DNA of 64,000 nt from Bacteroidota bacterium (GTDB lineage: Bacteria > Bacteroidota > Bacteroidia > Bacteroidales > Paludibacteraceae): contig JAFNAS010000010.1 in assembly GCA_017860295.1 (NCBI GenBank), positions 4,151-68,150 of the forward strand. Reading direction: 5' to 3'. Below the pieces are notes generated by a model, which was not told the DNA's origin, did no database searches, and saw only the letters and a program-made list of their open reading frames with translations. Positions within the stretch are counted from its first letter, which is position 1. Each line of letters begins with the position of its first letter. Of the stretch, positions 49,999-59,858 are shown piece after piece. A program made the translations under genes and the position numbers.

Positions 49999-52194
49999 TT
50001 ATCGGATTAAGGTGACATAACCTTTGACTGTTTTGGGCTCTTTCAGGTAATTGAAATAGTGCATAATATAAAAATAAGTATCAGGATCGGCTTTTCGGCC
50101 TTTGGCGGTACCATCCCAACCGTCACTGTCTTTGGTCCCCTGATACACAAGGATTCCTTGGCGATCGAATATTTCCACTTCGTATTTGGGCATGAAGTAA
50201 TCGTTATGAGAATCTCCGTTCGGTGTAAACACGTTGGGAACAAAAGGTTCTATAATAACGCTTTGGCTGGCGCTGTCCTTGCATTCGTAAATATTATTTC
50301 GCGCATTCAGTACGATGTTATATTTTCCAATATCTCCGCTTCCGGTATAAGTATGGGTAATGGTTCCACCCTGCTCGTTGGTGTTGTCGCCCATGTTCCA
50401 TGTATATTCAATGTTGTTTTCCTGTGCAATAGAGCAGCATATCCGATTGTTCTTAGTATTGATAATGGTGGGCTCGATTTTGAAGAAGGTTGCCGGTAGC
50501 GGAATCTCTTTAACCTTTATCGATTGCGTGAGTATACATCCTCTTTGGTTGGTAGCTGTTACGTCATAGTCTCCCGGTGTATGGATCGTAATGGATGCGC
50601 CTTGTGTTTTCAGAGCACTCCAGCTATAGTTTATGCCGTCGCCCGAAGCAACAAGGGTCGTACTGTCGCCTACACAAAAATAGGGATTTCCGTTAATGCT
50701 TAATGCCCATGCCGGTTCTTCGCTGATGTTGATGTATTTGGTTGTACTACAAATCTCGTTGCTGGCATAGCCTATCAGACTGATTTTGCCTCCCGGGGCT
50801 CCCACTGCTAAGGTATCCTGAATGCCGGTCTGTGTACCATTCTGTTGTATCCATCGGTAGTGGTCGGCGCCATATCCTTTCAGGGTGGTGGTTTGGTTCG
50901 GACAGTAGGATGCCTCTCCTTTGATACCGATGAGAGGAGGATAAAATACCTCTATCAAGGTGTCTTTTGTTGCTGTGCAGGTGGATGGGTAACTGGTTAC
51001 TTTTAGATTTACTTTTTGCCAGCCGGACGTAGAAAAGGTGTAGGTCGTATCGGCGGCGTCAGAAGTGCCTCCATCACCGAAATTCCACTGGTAGGTAAGC
51101 GATGTGGATGCATCGGAAGGGTGCAGCGCATCGGCTACGGAGCTATTAGTAAATTTGACCGTGTTGGTAGAAGTAGTGCAATCGGTTGTTGAAAATTTAA
51201 AATCAGCCACCGGTTTGATGCGTTTGATGGTGGTCGACAGGCTATCTTGGCAACCAGCTTCGGTTGTGAAAACGCAGGTATAGATATCGCCTTCCGTTGC
51301 ATTGGGTATCTTGCATTGATAATCGGAGCCAATTACATTTCCCCGGCATTTCCAGACATAGGACGAGAATCCGTCGGGAGCTGTTAAGACGGCATCGTTG
51401 TTTCCACTGCAATATTTGGTGGTAATGTATAGCGGTTGTGCATCCACTACAATGTAGGCGTAACCGAAATGGCCTCCGGGAGTACAATCCATTGTGGTGA
51501 AGTTGATCGTTATGTCTTGTCCTTCATACGAGTTTAAGTTTGCAGAGACCGTTTTCCAGTCGCGCCATACAATGGGTCGTCCATTTGGAGCAAACGAATT
51601 TTGTGCATGGTCATAGGCAAGCGAAATGGCGTTTTCGTCAAAGGCGCTGCAAAGATTAGAAATGAGGTTGCCGTCATTATCCCGTAACGATATAATAAAA
51701 CGCGGTTGTTCTGATTCCGTATGAGGCTTGTTGTTGCTGTAACCGACTTCGAGTACAACTGCAAATTTAATAGTCAGCAGTTCGTTAGAAGGGTTAATTT
51801 TTAGTTTGTACTCAAGACTCTGATCTCTTCCGCTTGGCGAACCGTTTTTGAAGGAACCCAAACGGGCACTGTATTTGTAACCTGTAGGGATGGTTTTGAG
51901 TTGATAACCGGTGCAATTGTCATAAGCAGTCGAGTCTGACATCAAAACAATCCTGCCGGTTGCTTCAGGTAAAGCAACTGTGGTAGGGGTAGTTTTTATA
52001 AAAATCGTATCGTAAGCTTTGGTGGTATTATTGTATTTTGCAGAAAAATAATATGCCCATATCTTTCCTGTCCAGTCGGTGAATCCGTTTTCAAAGCCAA
52101 TATTTTTGATGTTGGGATTGGAGGCGAGCAGATAAAATGGCAGTAAAAGCAGCAATAATATTGTGTTTCTCTTTATGGATTTTGGATTTGTCAT
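49999..52194 (-). CDS. T9SS substrate with PKD domains and type-B CTD; paralogue of 47599-49824
   Basis: YQWNFGDG and YTWNMGDN; CTD FVPNVFTPNGDSHNDYF..IFDRQG..GWDGT..DTYFYIM..KGYVTLIR. Confidence 0.9.
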   Translation of the reverse strand: MTNPKSIKRNTILLLLLLPFYLLASNPNIKNIGFENGFTDWTGKIWAYYFSAKYNNTTKAYDTIFIKTTPTTVALPEATGRIVLMSDSTAYDNCTGYQLKTIPTGYKYSARLGSFKNGSPSGRDQSLEYKLKINPSNELLTIKFAVVLEVGYSNNKPHTESEQPRFIISLRDNDGNLISNLCSAFDENAISLAYDHAQNSFAPNGRPIVWRDWKTVSANLNSYEGQDITINFTTMDCTPGGHFGYAYIVVDAQPLYITTKYCSGNNDAVLTAPDGFSSYVWKCRGNVIGSDYQCKIPNATEGDIYTCVFTTEAGCQDSLSTTIKRIKPVADFKFSTTDCTTSTNTVKFTNSSVADALHPSDASTSLTYQWNFGDGGTSDAADTTYTFSTSGWQKVNLKVTSYPSTCTATKDTLIEVFYPPLIGIKGEASYCPNQTTTLKGYGADHYRWIQQNGTQTGIQDTLAVGAPGGKISLIGYASNEICSTTKYINISEEPAWALSINGNPYFCVGDSTTLVASGDGINYSWSALKTQGASITIHTPGDYDVTATNQRGCILTQSIKVKEIPLPATFFKIEPTIINTKNNRICCSIAQENNIEYTWNMGDNTNEQGGTITHTYTGSGDIGKYNIVLNARNNIYECKDSASQSVIIEPFVPNVFTPNGDSHNDYFMPKYEVEIFDRQGILVYQGTKDSDGWDGTAKGRKADPDTYFYIMHYFNYLKEPKTVKGYVTLIR

Positions 52195-52553
52195 AACCCG
52201 GAATCGTTTTCGAACGGCAATTTAAGGTTTTTGCTTTATGTGGACAATCAATAAAATATATCTTTTATTTCGTTGTAAATCATATTGCTATAGATGTGTT
52301 ACAGCCTTCGTTTCTTCTCTAATATTGGTGTCGTTACATTGGGTGCAGCGTATACATAAAATTTGCACGAACTGATTGTAATTCAGTAGGTACGAAATTC
52401 TCTGCCGACACCTGCGACCAGATCTTGACTGTAGCTGGAAGATACTCTTTAGATTGCGATTGATTCGAAAGCAGTGAATGCGAATTTCCGTATTCTTGAA
52501 TGGCTATACGTATAAATTGCTAATATTTATTGTGTTGTGTGGTTGATAAAAGG

Positions 52554-53444
52554 TCAGTCGGACAAAGGATATCCAAAATTTCTCAATTTGGTTTCCCGGT
52601 TTCTCCAATCTTTTTCAACTTTAATAAACAGTTCAAGATATACCTGTTTGCCAAAGAAAGCCTCTATGTCTTTTCGGGCTTCCATTCCTACTTTACGAAG
52701 CGATTTCCCTTGATGACCGATGAGAATGCCTTTCTGAGATTCTCTTTCGACGTAGATTACGGCATTAATGCGGATTATCTTTGTTTCTTCTTTGAACACT
52801 TCAACTACCACTTCGACCGAATAGGGAATCTCTTTTTCGTAGTTCAGCAAAATCTTCTCACGAATAATTTCGGTTACAAAGAAACGTTCTGGTTTATCGG
52901 TCAGTGCATCTTTGTCGAAGAAAGGTGGCGAATCGGGTAGTAATTCTTTGATGCGTTTTAATAACGGCTCGAGATTGAATTTTTGGGTGGCCGAAATGGG
53001 AATCACTTCCGCTTCAGGCAAAATGGTGTGCCAGTTTTCAACAAGTTCTACCAGTTTTGCTTCATCAATCAGGTCTATTTTATTGACAACCAGAATGATT
53101 TTGTAGTCGTTGGCATGTTGTTTTACCATTTCGACGAAATCGGCATTTTTCTCACTCGAATCGATTACGTCGGTAACGTAAAGCAATATATCGGCATCGT
53201 TCAATGCGGATTGGGAAAAACCCAACATTGACTTCTGTAGTTTGTAGTGCGGTTTTAAAACTCCCGGGGTGTCGGAGTAAATAATTTGAAAATCTTCTCC
53301 GTTTACAATTCCCAATATGCGGTGGCGGGTTGTTTGCGCCTTGGAGGTAATAATGGAAATGCGTTCACCGACCAGCGCGTTCATAAGAGTTGATTTGCCG
53401 ACGTTGGGATTACCTACAATATTTACAAAACCAGCTTTATGCAT
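52554..53444 (-). CDS. era: GTPase Era
   Basis: GNPNVGKSTL, QTTR, DTPG, NKID, ISA, C-terminal KH (EIPYS, SQKGILIG). -7 element TATATTTG at 53507-53514 (minus). Confidence 0.98.
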   Translation of the reverse strand: MHKAGFVNIVGNPNVGKSTLMNALVGERISIITSKAQTTRHRILGIVNGEDFQIIYSDTPGVLKPHYKLQKSMLGFSQSALNDADILLYVTDVIDSSEKNADFVEMVKQHANDYKIILVVNKIDLIDEAKLVELVENWHTILPEAEVIPISATQKFNLEPLLKRIKELLPDSPPFFDKDALTDKPERFFVTEIIREKILLNYEKEIPYSVEVVVEVFKEETKIIRINAVIYVERESQKGILIGHQGKSLRKVGMEARKDIEAFFGKQVYLELFIKVEKDWRNRETKLRNFGYPLSD

Positions 53445-53830
53445 AATTTTTAAGAGTCAAATAGTGATTTTAGAGATGTTCGCTTTATTGCGTATGAAAG
53501 CGGGTGCAAATATACTATATTTTTGCGTAAATCAATGCATTATGTATTTTATAGTTAATCTCTATCTGAAATGTAAACTTCAGATTACTATTTGATTAAC
53601 TCGAAGAGCAGAAAGAGAATGGTGCATATCTATGTACGAAAATACGCTAAATTTCACATTCGGATTTTTCGTTTCAAGGATAATCGGCAAATCGTTCTGT
53701 AAATAAATAGGTTAAAATAAGTGTGTCTTTTATAACGTTGTTTGTCGGAATACCGATGTAGCCTGTTTTTCTGATTTTGCCAATGCTCTGTTTTGTGTCA
53801 AAAAACGAAGTTAAAACATCAAAAAAATCA

Positions 53831-53860
53831 CTTGAGGCCATCGGTTAATCTTTACATTTG
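53831..53860 (+). promoter_or_regulatory. Promoter of the glycosidase cluster
   Basis: CTTG (53831-53834), 18-bp spacer, TACATTTG (53853-53860). Confidence 0.6.
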
Positions 53861-53887
53861 TAACTTCTTAAATTATGCGGTTATTCC

Positions 53888-56020
53888 ATGAAATTCCATT
53901 TGACATTCAAAATGTGGCTGATAGTAACTTTTCTATCGGCTCAAACGTGTCTGTTTGCTGCCATTAACAGGCAAGCTCTCGTTACCCGAAACAATCCGGT
54001 AGTACATTCATTTGATTCGCTCTCTTCGTTGTCGGTCGGTAATGGCAATTTTGCTTTTACGGTCGATGCCTCCGGACTTCAAACATTTCCGGAACTATAC
54101 AAGAGTGGCGTTTCCCTTGGAACTCAGTCGCAGTGGGGATGGCATAGTTTTGCCAATCCGAATAACTACCGCTTTGAAGAGACATTGAAGAATTACAACT
54201 TGCACGGATGGAACGAACCGTATTCGACCGAATTCAAAGAAGGACGTCAGAAAGAGGCCGCTGAATGGTTTCGGGCAAATCCGCACAGGTTGCACTTGGG
54301 AGTTGTAGGTCTTGAGTTGGCAAATCCGACGGGACAAAAAACTACGGTTTCTGATTTTACGAATATCAACCAAACTCTTGATTTGTGGACAGGAAATGTG
54401 CACAGTGCCTACTCTGTTTTTGGTAAATCAGTTGATGTTCAAACTGTTTGTCATCCGGCAGACGATATGATTTCGGTCTCGGTAACTTCCTCTCTGATTC
54501 GATCCGGCAATCTCAAATTTAATTTCCGTTTTCCATATCCTTCGGGCCAGCATACCGACGATGCCTGTAACTGGTTGCATCCGGAGGCTTATTCCACTTC
54601 TATTGTGGAAGTCGGTGCGGGTTATGCCGTTATCTGTTGCCGTTTGGATGCTACCATTTATTTCGTTAGGCTGCAATGGAAAGGAGAGGCTTCGTTGAAA
54701 GAGACGCAGGATCATTACTATGTTTTGGCTCCCGAAAACACAGATGCATTTTCTTTTTCGTGTGCGTTCACAAATAAAAAACCGGAGCACGATTTGAAAA
54801 ATTTTGAAGAAACCCGGATAGCGTCTGCAACTTATTGGAATGGTTTTTGGAGCAAAGGTGCAGCAGTCGATTTTTCGCAATGCAAAGATTCCCGGGCTAA
54901 AGAGCTAGAACGTCGTGTCGTTTTATCGCAATATCTGATGGCTATTCAGTGTGCCGGAGACGTTCCTCCTCAGGAGACCGGATTGACTTACAACAGTTGG
55001 TTTGGCAAGTTTCACCTTGAAATGCATTGGTGGCATGCCGTTCATTTTGCCCTCTGGAATCGGATCGATTTGCTGGAGAAGAGTATGGCCTGGTACAACA
55101 AGGCTTACGATAATGCAAAGAAAATTGCCGAGCGTCAGGGTTTTAAAGGCGTTCGCTGGATGAAGATGACCGATCCTTCGGCCATTGAAGCACCGTCCAA
55201 GGTCGGTTCGTTTCTTATCTGGCAGCAACCGCATTTTATCTACATGGCGGAACTGATCTATCGCGATCATCCGTCGAAAGCTGTGATTGAGAAATATAAG
55301 AAGCTGGTGTTTGAAACTGCCGATTTTATGGCTTCGTTTGCCACTTACGACAAGGCTAAGAACCGATACGTACTGAAAGGCGCCATTCCGGCACAAGAAA
55401 CGTTACGGGCGGCCGAAACTACTAATCCTCCTTTCGAACTCTCCTACTGGCACTACGCTCTCAGTGTTGCCCAGCAATGGCGGGTACGTGCCGGATTGCC
55501 CGAAAACAAAGAGTGGAATAAAATATTGAAATTGCTGTCGCCTTTGGCACAGAAAGATGGGTTGTATTTGGCTGCTGAAACGGCTCCCGAGACTTACCAC
55601 GATGTTCGCTTTACGTCCGATCACATGGCCGTGCTGGGGGCTTTGGGTATTTTTCCTCAGAGTCGTTTGGTGAAGCCTGAAATTATGAAACATACGCTCG
55701 ACTGGGTGTGGAAAAACTGGAACTGGGACAAAACCTGGGGATGGGATTATCCAATGACGGCCATGGATGCGGCTCGTTTGGGCGATGGAGAAAAGGCCGT
55801 GGGTGCACTTTTGATGAATAAACGTACCAACACCTACCTGATTAATGGGCACAATTATCAGGATGAACGTTTGCGTATTTATCTTCCCGGAAACGGAGGT
55901 TTACTGACTGCCGTTGCCATGATGTGTGCCGGTTGGGATGGAAGCAAAGGTAATAATCCGGGTTTCCCGAAAGACGGCAACTGGAACGTTGTGTGGGAAG
56001 GATTGAAAAAAATGCCGTGA
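53888..56020 (+). CDS. Secreted glycoside hydrolase-like protein, probable (alpha/alpha)6 barrel (GH65/GH95-like fold), family unassigned
   Basis: Signal peptide; LSVGNG.FAFTVD.SGLQT, PPQETGL..NSWFGKFHLEM, PAQE, WGWDYP, YLPGNGGLL.AVAMM.AGW; located in a CAZyme cluster. Confidence 0.7.
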   Translation: MKFHLTFKMWLIVTFLSAQTCLFAAINRQALVTRNNPVVHSFDSLSSLSVGNGNFAFTVDASGLQTFPELYKSGVSLGTQSQWGWHSFANPNNYRFEETLKNYNLHGWNEPYSTEFKEGRQKEAAEWFRANPHRLHLGVVGLELANPTGQKTTVSDFTNINQTLDLWTGNVHSAYSVFGKSVDVQTVCHPADDMISVSVTSSLIRSGNLKFNFRFPYPSGQHTDDACNWLHPEAYSTSIVEVGAGYAVICCRLDATIYFVRLQWKGEASLKETQDHYYVLAPENTDAFSFSCAFTNKKPEHDLKNFEETRIASATYWNGFWSKGAAVDFSQCKDSRAKELERRVVLSQYLMAIQCAGDVPPQETGLTYNSWFGKFHLEMHWWHAVHFALWNRIDLLEKSMAWYNKAYDNAKKIAERQGFKGVRWMKMTDPSAIEAPSKVGSFLIWQQPHFIYMAELIYRDHPSKAVIEKYKKLVFETADFMASFATYDKAKNRYVLKGAIPAQETLRAAETTNPPFELSYWHYALSVAQQWRVRAGLPENKEWNKILKLLSPLAQKDGLYLAAETAPETYHDVRFTSDHMAVLGALGIFPQSRLVKPEIMKHTLDWVWKNWNWDKTWGWDYPMTAMDAARLGDGEKAVGALLMNKRTNTYLINGHNYQDERLRIYLPGNGGLLTAVAMMCAGWDGSKGNNPGFPKDGNWNVVWEGLKKMP

Positions 56021-56095
56021 CCTGTTTTAAAATATGCGATTGAACTTTAATATATAAAAATCAGTAATTTATAATACAGACAAGAAATATCCGCA

Positions 56096-56875
56096 ATGAA
56101 GATAAATAGTCTGAAAATAATTATAGCTTTGCTATTGCCTTTGCTGTGGTTGTCAACCTTTTCGCAGATTAAGACTAGCACGATTTTGCTTAAAAATCAG
56201 GGAGCCGTTATGACTACCGGCGAAGTTCCCGAATTTACCTTTTATGTGCCAGATAAAGCCTCTGCAGCCCGATTTGGTTTGGTAAAAGGGAACCAGAGCA
56301 TCTGGCTCAGCGCGTTGAAATCGGTGTGCAAACCCGAAGGCAAGGGGTTGAAATATACTCTCACGGGTAAGTTTTTGGAGAAAGGAGAACTGGTATTTGA
56401 GGTGTTGCCGCTGTATCAGACCGACGGCGTAATTATTCGTGTCAACGGAGAAAATCTGCCCGACAGCCTCTCGCTATTCTGGGCTTTTGGAGCTGCTTGT
56501 GGAAAATCGCGGCAGGAAGTGCAGAACGGATTGAAGCCTTCCGATTGCAAAAACAATGTGTTTGTGGTGGAGCGAAACGGCGTGATTCTATACTATCCCA
56601 AAGGTGGATTGCACGATTTTTCGGTCTTTTACACCATGTTCCCCATAGAGACCTCGGCCGTTTTGTCGGATGCTCACAAACAAAATACACCATTGGAGCT
56701 ATATAATTCCGGACATAAAACCGATGCGCAGGCTTTGAGCGGGATGTTTCCTATCGAAAACGGGCAAAATTACTATTGCAGTTTTTACAAGCCAGCCTCC
56801 AACTACGACGTGAACTATTATCGTCTGCCGACCATGTTTGAGGAGACCAAAGCGGGAAAACCGCAAGACCATTGA
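56096..56875 (+). CDS. Secreted protein, stand-alone paralogue of the N-terminal (DUF4450-like) domain of 59859-63530
   Basis: Signal peptide TFS|Q; GEVPEFTFYVP, FGLVKG..SIWL, GELVFEVL, WAFGAACGK and LKPSDCKNN align with GDVPEFAFYLP, FGLMVD..TKWL, GELLLTAL, TVFGGATGK and LKPEYCTGN. Confidence 0.7.
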   Translation: MKINSLKIIIALLLPLLWLSTFSQIKTSTILLKNQGAVMTTGEVPEFTFYVPDKASAARFGLVKGNQSIWLSALKSVCKPEGKGLKYTLTGKFLEKGELVFEVLPLYQTDGVIIRVNGENLPDSLSLFWAFGAACGKSRQEVQNGLKPSDCKNNVFVVERNGVILYYPKGGLHDFSVFYTMFPIETSAVLSDAHKQNTPLELYNSGHKTDAQALSGMFPIENGQNYYCSFYKPASNYDVNYYRLPTMFEETKAGKPQDH

Positions 56876-56880
56876 TTAAT

Positions 56881-56912
56881 TTGAAAATTTGAGAATGTGG
56901 AAATTTGAAAAT
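56881..56912 (+). repeat. Four degenerate 8-mer tandem repeats
   Basis: ttgaaaat/ttgagaat/gtggaaat/ttgaaaat. Confidence 0.7.
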
Positions 56913-56968
56913 GAGTCATCTGCTTTTGAATAGCAAACTGTTTTTTATCGTAAATCTTCACCTAAACA

Positions 56969-59767
56969 ATGAATAAACTCAATAAACTCGGGTCTGTTGC
57001 AATCTGTTTGCTTGCAATAACATTGAATATGTCGGCTCAAACAACCTCATGGCCCGCAGTGAAAGCGGAAGCCAAACCGTGGGCGCGTTGGTGGTGGTTG
57101 GGTAGCGCTGTCGATAAGGCAAATCTTACCTACAACATGTCGGAATATGCCGCCAAGGGTATGGGTGGATTGGAGATTACCCCGATTTATGGAGTGCAGG
57201 GCAACGATGGCAACAATATCAGTTACCTCTCGCCTAAATGGATGGAGATGTTGACCCACACCGAAAATGAGGCTGCCCGTTTGGGGATGAAGATCGATAT
57301 GAATACCGGTACCGGCTGGCCGTTTGGTAGTCCCGAAGTTTCCATTGAAGATGCGGCTTGTAAGGTTGTTTTTCAGGATTATATACTCAAAGCAGGCGAG
57401 ACACTGAAGGAACCGGTGGCGATAATCGATACCAAACAGCAGGGTGTGGCAAAACTGTCGCGCCTGATGGCCTTTTCTGCTAACGGAAAGAAACTCGATC
57501 TGACAACAAAACTTGATAAAACGGGCAGGCTTCAATGGAAAGCTCCTCGGGGAGAATGGCATTTGACGGCTGTTTTTGTGGGAAAAACTTTGCAGAAAGT
57601 GAAACGTGCCGCTCCGGGAGGCGAAGGTTGGGTAATGAACCATTTTTCCAAACAGGCGGTTACGAACTATCTCGGGCGATTCGATCGGGCGTTTGCTCAA
57701 AATAAAACAGCCTATCCGCACTCTTTTTTCAACGACTCCTACGAGGTATTCAATGCCGATTGGACTCCCGATCTGTTTGAACAGTTTCAGCTTCGTCGCG
57801 GCTATAAGCTCGAAGAGTATCTACCAGAGTTCAGAGGGCAGGGAAATGCGGATATTGTAGCGCGTGTAGTGTCCGACTATCGCGAAACGCTATCCGATTT
57901 GTTGCAGGAAAATTTCACCAAAACGTGGACCGATTGGGCGCACTCGCATGGCAGTACTACCCGCAATCAGGCTCACGGTTCTCCGGGTAACCTGATCGAT
58001 CTCTACGCAACGGTCGATATTCCCGAATGCGAATCGTTCGGTATCTCCGATTTTCACATCAAGGGATTGCGTGTCGATTCCATCCGTAAAACGAATGATT
58101 CGGATATTTCGATGTTGAAATACGCCTCTTCGGCTGCTCATATTTCGGGCAAACCGTTGACTTCATCCGAAACATTTACATGGTTAACCGACCATTTCCG
58201 CACTTCGCTTTCTCAGTGCAAACCCGATCTCGACCTGTTCTTTATTGCGGGTGTCAACCATGTCTATTTTCACGGTACAACCTATTCACCCAAAGAAGCA
58301 GCCTGGCCGGGTTGGAAATTCTATGCAACGGTGGATATGTCGCCGACCAATACTATTTGGCGCGATGCGGCTCCTTTGTTTAGCTATATTGCCCGTTGTC
58401 AATCGTTTTTGCAGGAGGGGAAACCCGATAACGACTTTTTGGTCTACCTGCCCATTTACGACATGCGGAAAGCCGATCTGCAAAAGCCATATCAGGCTTT
58501 CACCATTCATGAAATGGCCGAAAAGGCGCCAAAGTTTATCGAGGCCATCCATGCTATTATCAAAAGTGGTTACGATGTCGACTACATTTCCGATCAATTT
58601 GTGCGTAGTACAACGGTTAACCAGGGGAAACTGCATACGATTGGGGGTGCAGATTACAAGGCAATTCTTCTGCCGGATGTTAAAACCATTCCCGACGATG
58701 TGATGGCTCATCTCTTGTCGCTTGCCAAAGAGGGCGCGACAGTGGTCTTTGTGGGAGGTTATCCGCAGGATGTTCCGGGACTGGGGAATCTTGAAAATCG
58801 TCAGAGAAAAATGAAAGAGAGTTTGGATCTCTTAGAAAGGACGAAATTCTTGCTGCAACCTTTCATCTGCAATTTTGAAAAAGGCAAAATTGCCATTGCT
58901 CCTGATTATTTGTCAGCAGTGGCTATTTTGGAGGCAATGGACATCCCTAAAGAAAATATGCGCACTGATCTGGGTCTCTCCTGTATTCGCCGGTCAAACG
59001 AAACCGGTCATCACTATTTCATCTCTTCGTTGCAGGACAAAGGGGTTGACGGATGGGTGCCTCTGGCTGTGAATGCCCAATCGGTCGTGCTGTTCGATCC
59101 GATGAGCGGCAATTCGGGCAAAGCCAAAGTTCGCCGGAACAATGGAAAAACAGAGGTCTATTTGCAGCTGAACTCGGGAGGATCGGTGATTCTGAAAACA
59201 TTTGAAACAACTGATGTGCAAGCTGCCGCATGGCACTATACCGAACCGGAAAAGAGTCCTGTGACTGTTTCCAAAGGTTGGTCGTTGCAATTTACCGAAA
59301 GCGATCCTGCCATTCCCGGTACCTTCGCCATCGATACGCTTGGTTCGTGGACGATGTTGAACCAACCGAATGCGAAAATCAATAAGGGAACAGCCTGTTA
59401 CAGCGTGGAATTTGAATTGCCTGAAAAAGCGGCTGCTGACTGGCAATTGAACCTGGGCGACGTCCGCGAGAGTGCGCGTGTTCGCGTCAACGGGCAGGAT
59501 GCAGGAACGCTTTGGGCTGTGCCTTTTGTGGCAAATGTCGGCAAACTGCTTCATCCGGGTAAGAACAAACTGGAAGTGGAAGTGACCAATCTTCCGGCCA
59601 ACCGCATCGCCGATTACGACCGTCGGGGTGTGAACTGGCGTATATTTAACGAAATCAACATGGTGAATCTCTTTTATAAGCCGGTGACGTATGCCGATTG
59701 GGGAACCGTTCCTTCTGGCTTGCTCGGTCCGGTAACGCTGACGCCGTTGAAAGAGAAGGAATTCTGA
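56969..59767 (+). CDS. Glycoside hydrolase family 106 alpha-L-rhamnosidase
   Basis: AKPWARWWWLGSAV, GGLEITPIYGVQG, MNTGTGWPFG, FFNDSYE, RNQAHGSP, ETFTW, GVNHVYFHG; C-terminal LNLGDVRESARVRVNG..LEVEVTNLPAN. Confidence 0.88.
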   Translation: MNKLNKLGSVAICLLAITLNMSAQTTSWPAVKAEAKPWARWWWLGSAVDKANLTYNMSEYAAKGMGGLEITPIYGVQGNDGNNISYLSPKWMEMLTHTENEAARLGMKIDMNTGTGWPFGSPEVSIEDAACKVVFQDYILKAGETLKEPVAIIDTKQQGVAKLSRLMAFSANGKKLDLTTKLDKTGRLQWKAPRGEWHLTAVFVGKTLQKVKRAAPGGEGWVMNHFSKQAVTNYLGRFDRAFAQNKTAYPHSFFNDSYEVFNADWTPDLFEQFQLRRGYKLEEYLPEFRGQGNADIVARVVSDYRETLSDLLQENFTKTWTDWAHSHGSTTRNQAHGSPGNLIDLYATVDIPECESFGISDFHIKGLRVDSIRKTNDSDISMLKYASSAAHISGKPLTSSETFTWLTDHFRTSLSQCKPDLDLFFIAGVNHVYFHGTTYSPKEAAWPGWKFYATVDMSPTNTIWRDAAPLFSYIARCQSFLQEGKPDNDFLVYLPIYDMRKADLQKPYQAFTIHEMAEKAPKFIEAIHAIIKSGYDVDYISDQFVRSTTVNQGKLHTIGGADYKAILLPDVKTIPDDVMAHLLSLAKEGATVVFVGGYPQDVPGLGNLENRQRKMKESLDLLERTKFLLQPFICNFEKGKIAIAPDYLSAVAILEAMDIPKENMRTDLGLSCIRRSNETGHHYFISSLQDKGVDGWVPLAVNAQSVVLFDPMSGNSGKAKVRRNNGKTEVYLQLNSGGSVILKTFETTDVQAAAWHYTEPEKSPVTVSKGWSLQFTESDPAIPGTFAIDTLGSWTMLNQPNAKINKGTACYSVEFELPEKAAADWQLNLGDVRESARVRVNGQDAGTLWAVPFVANVGKLLHPGKNKLEVEVTNLPANRIADYDRRGVNWRIFNEINMVNLFYKPVTYADWGTVPSGLLGPVTLTPLKEKEF

Positions 59768-59768
59768 T

Positions 59769-59800
59769 TTGAGAATTTGAGGATGAGGAAATGCGAAAAT
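59769..59800 (+). repeat. Four degenerate 8-mer tandem repeats
   Basis: ttgagaat/ttgaggat/gaggaaat/gcgaaaat. Confidence 0.65.
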
Positions 59801-59858
59801 GAAATCTGAAAAGCCGTTAGCAATAAATTGTACATGTTTCAATTGTAAATAGTTTAAA

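Noticed and set aside
52260-52530. Spacer between era and the T9SS genes as a pseudogene or sRNA
   Set aside because: The three minus-strand frames give no recognisable homology, and I found no promoter-terminator pair.
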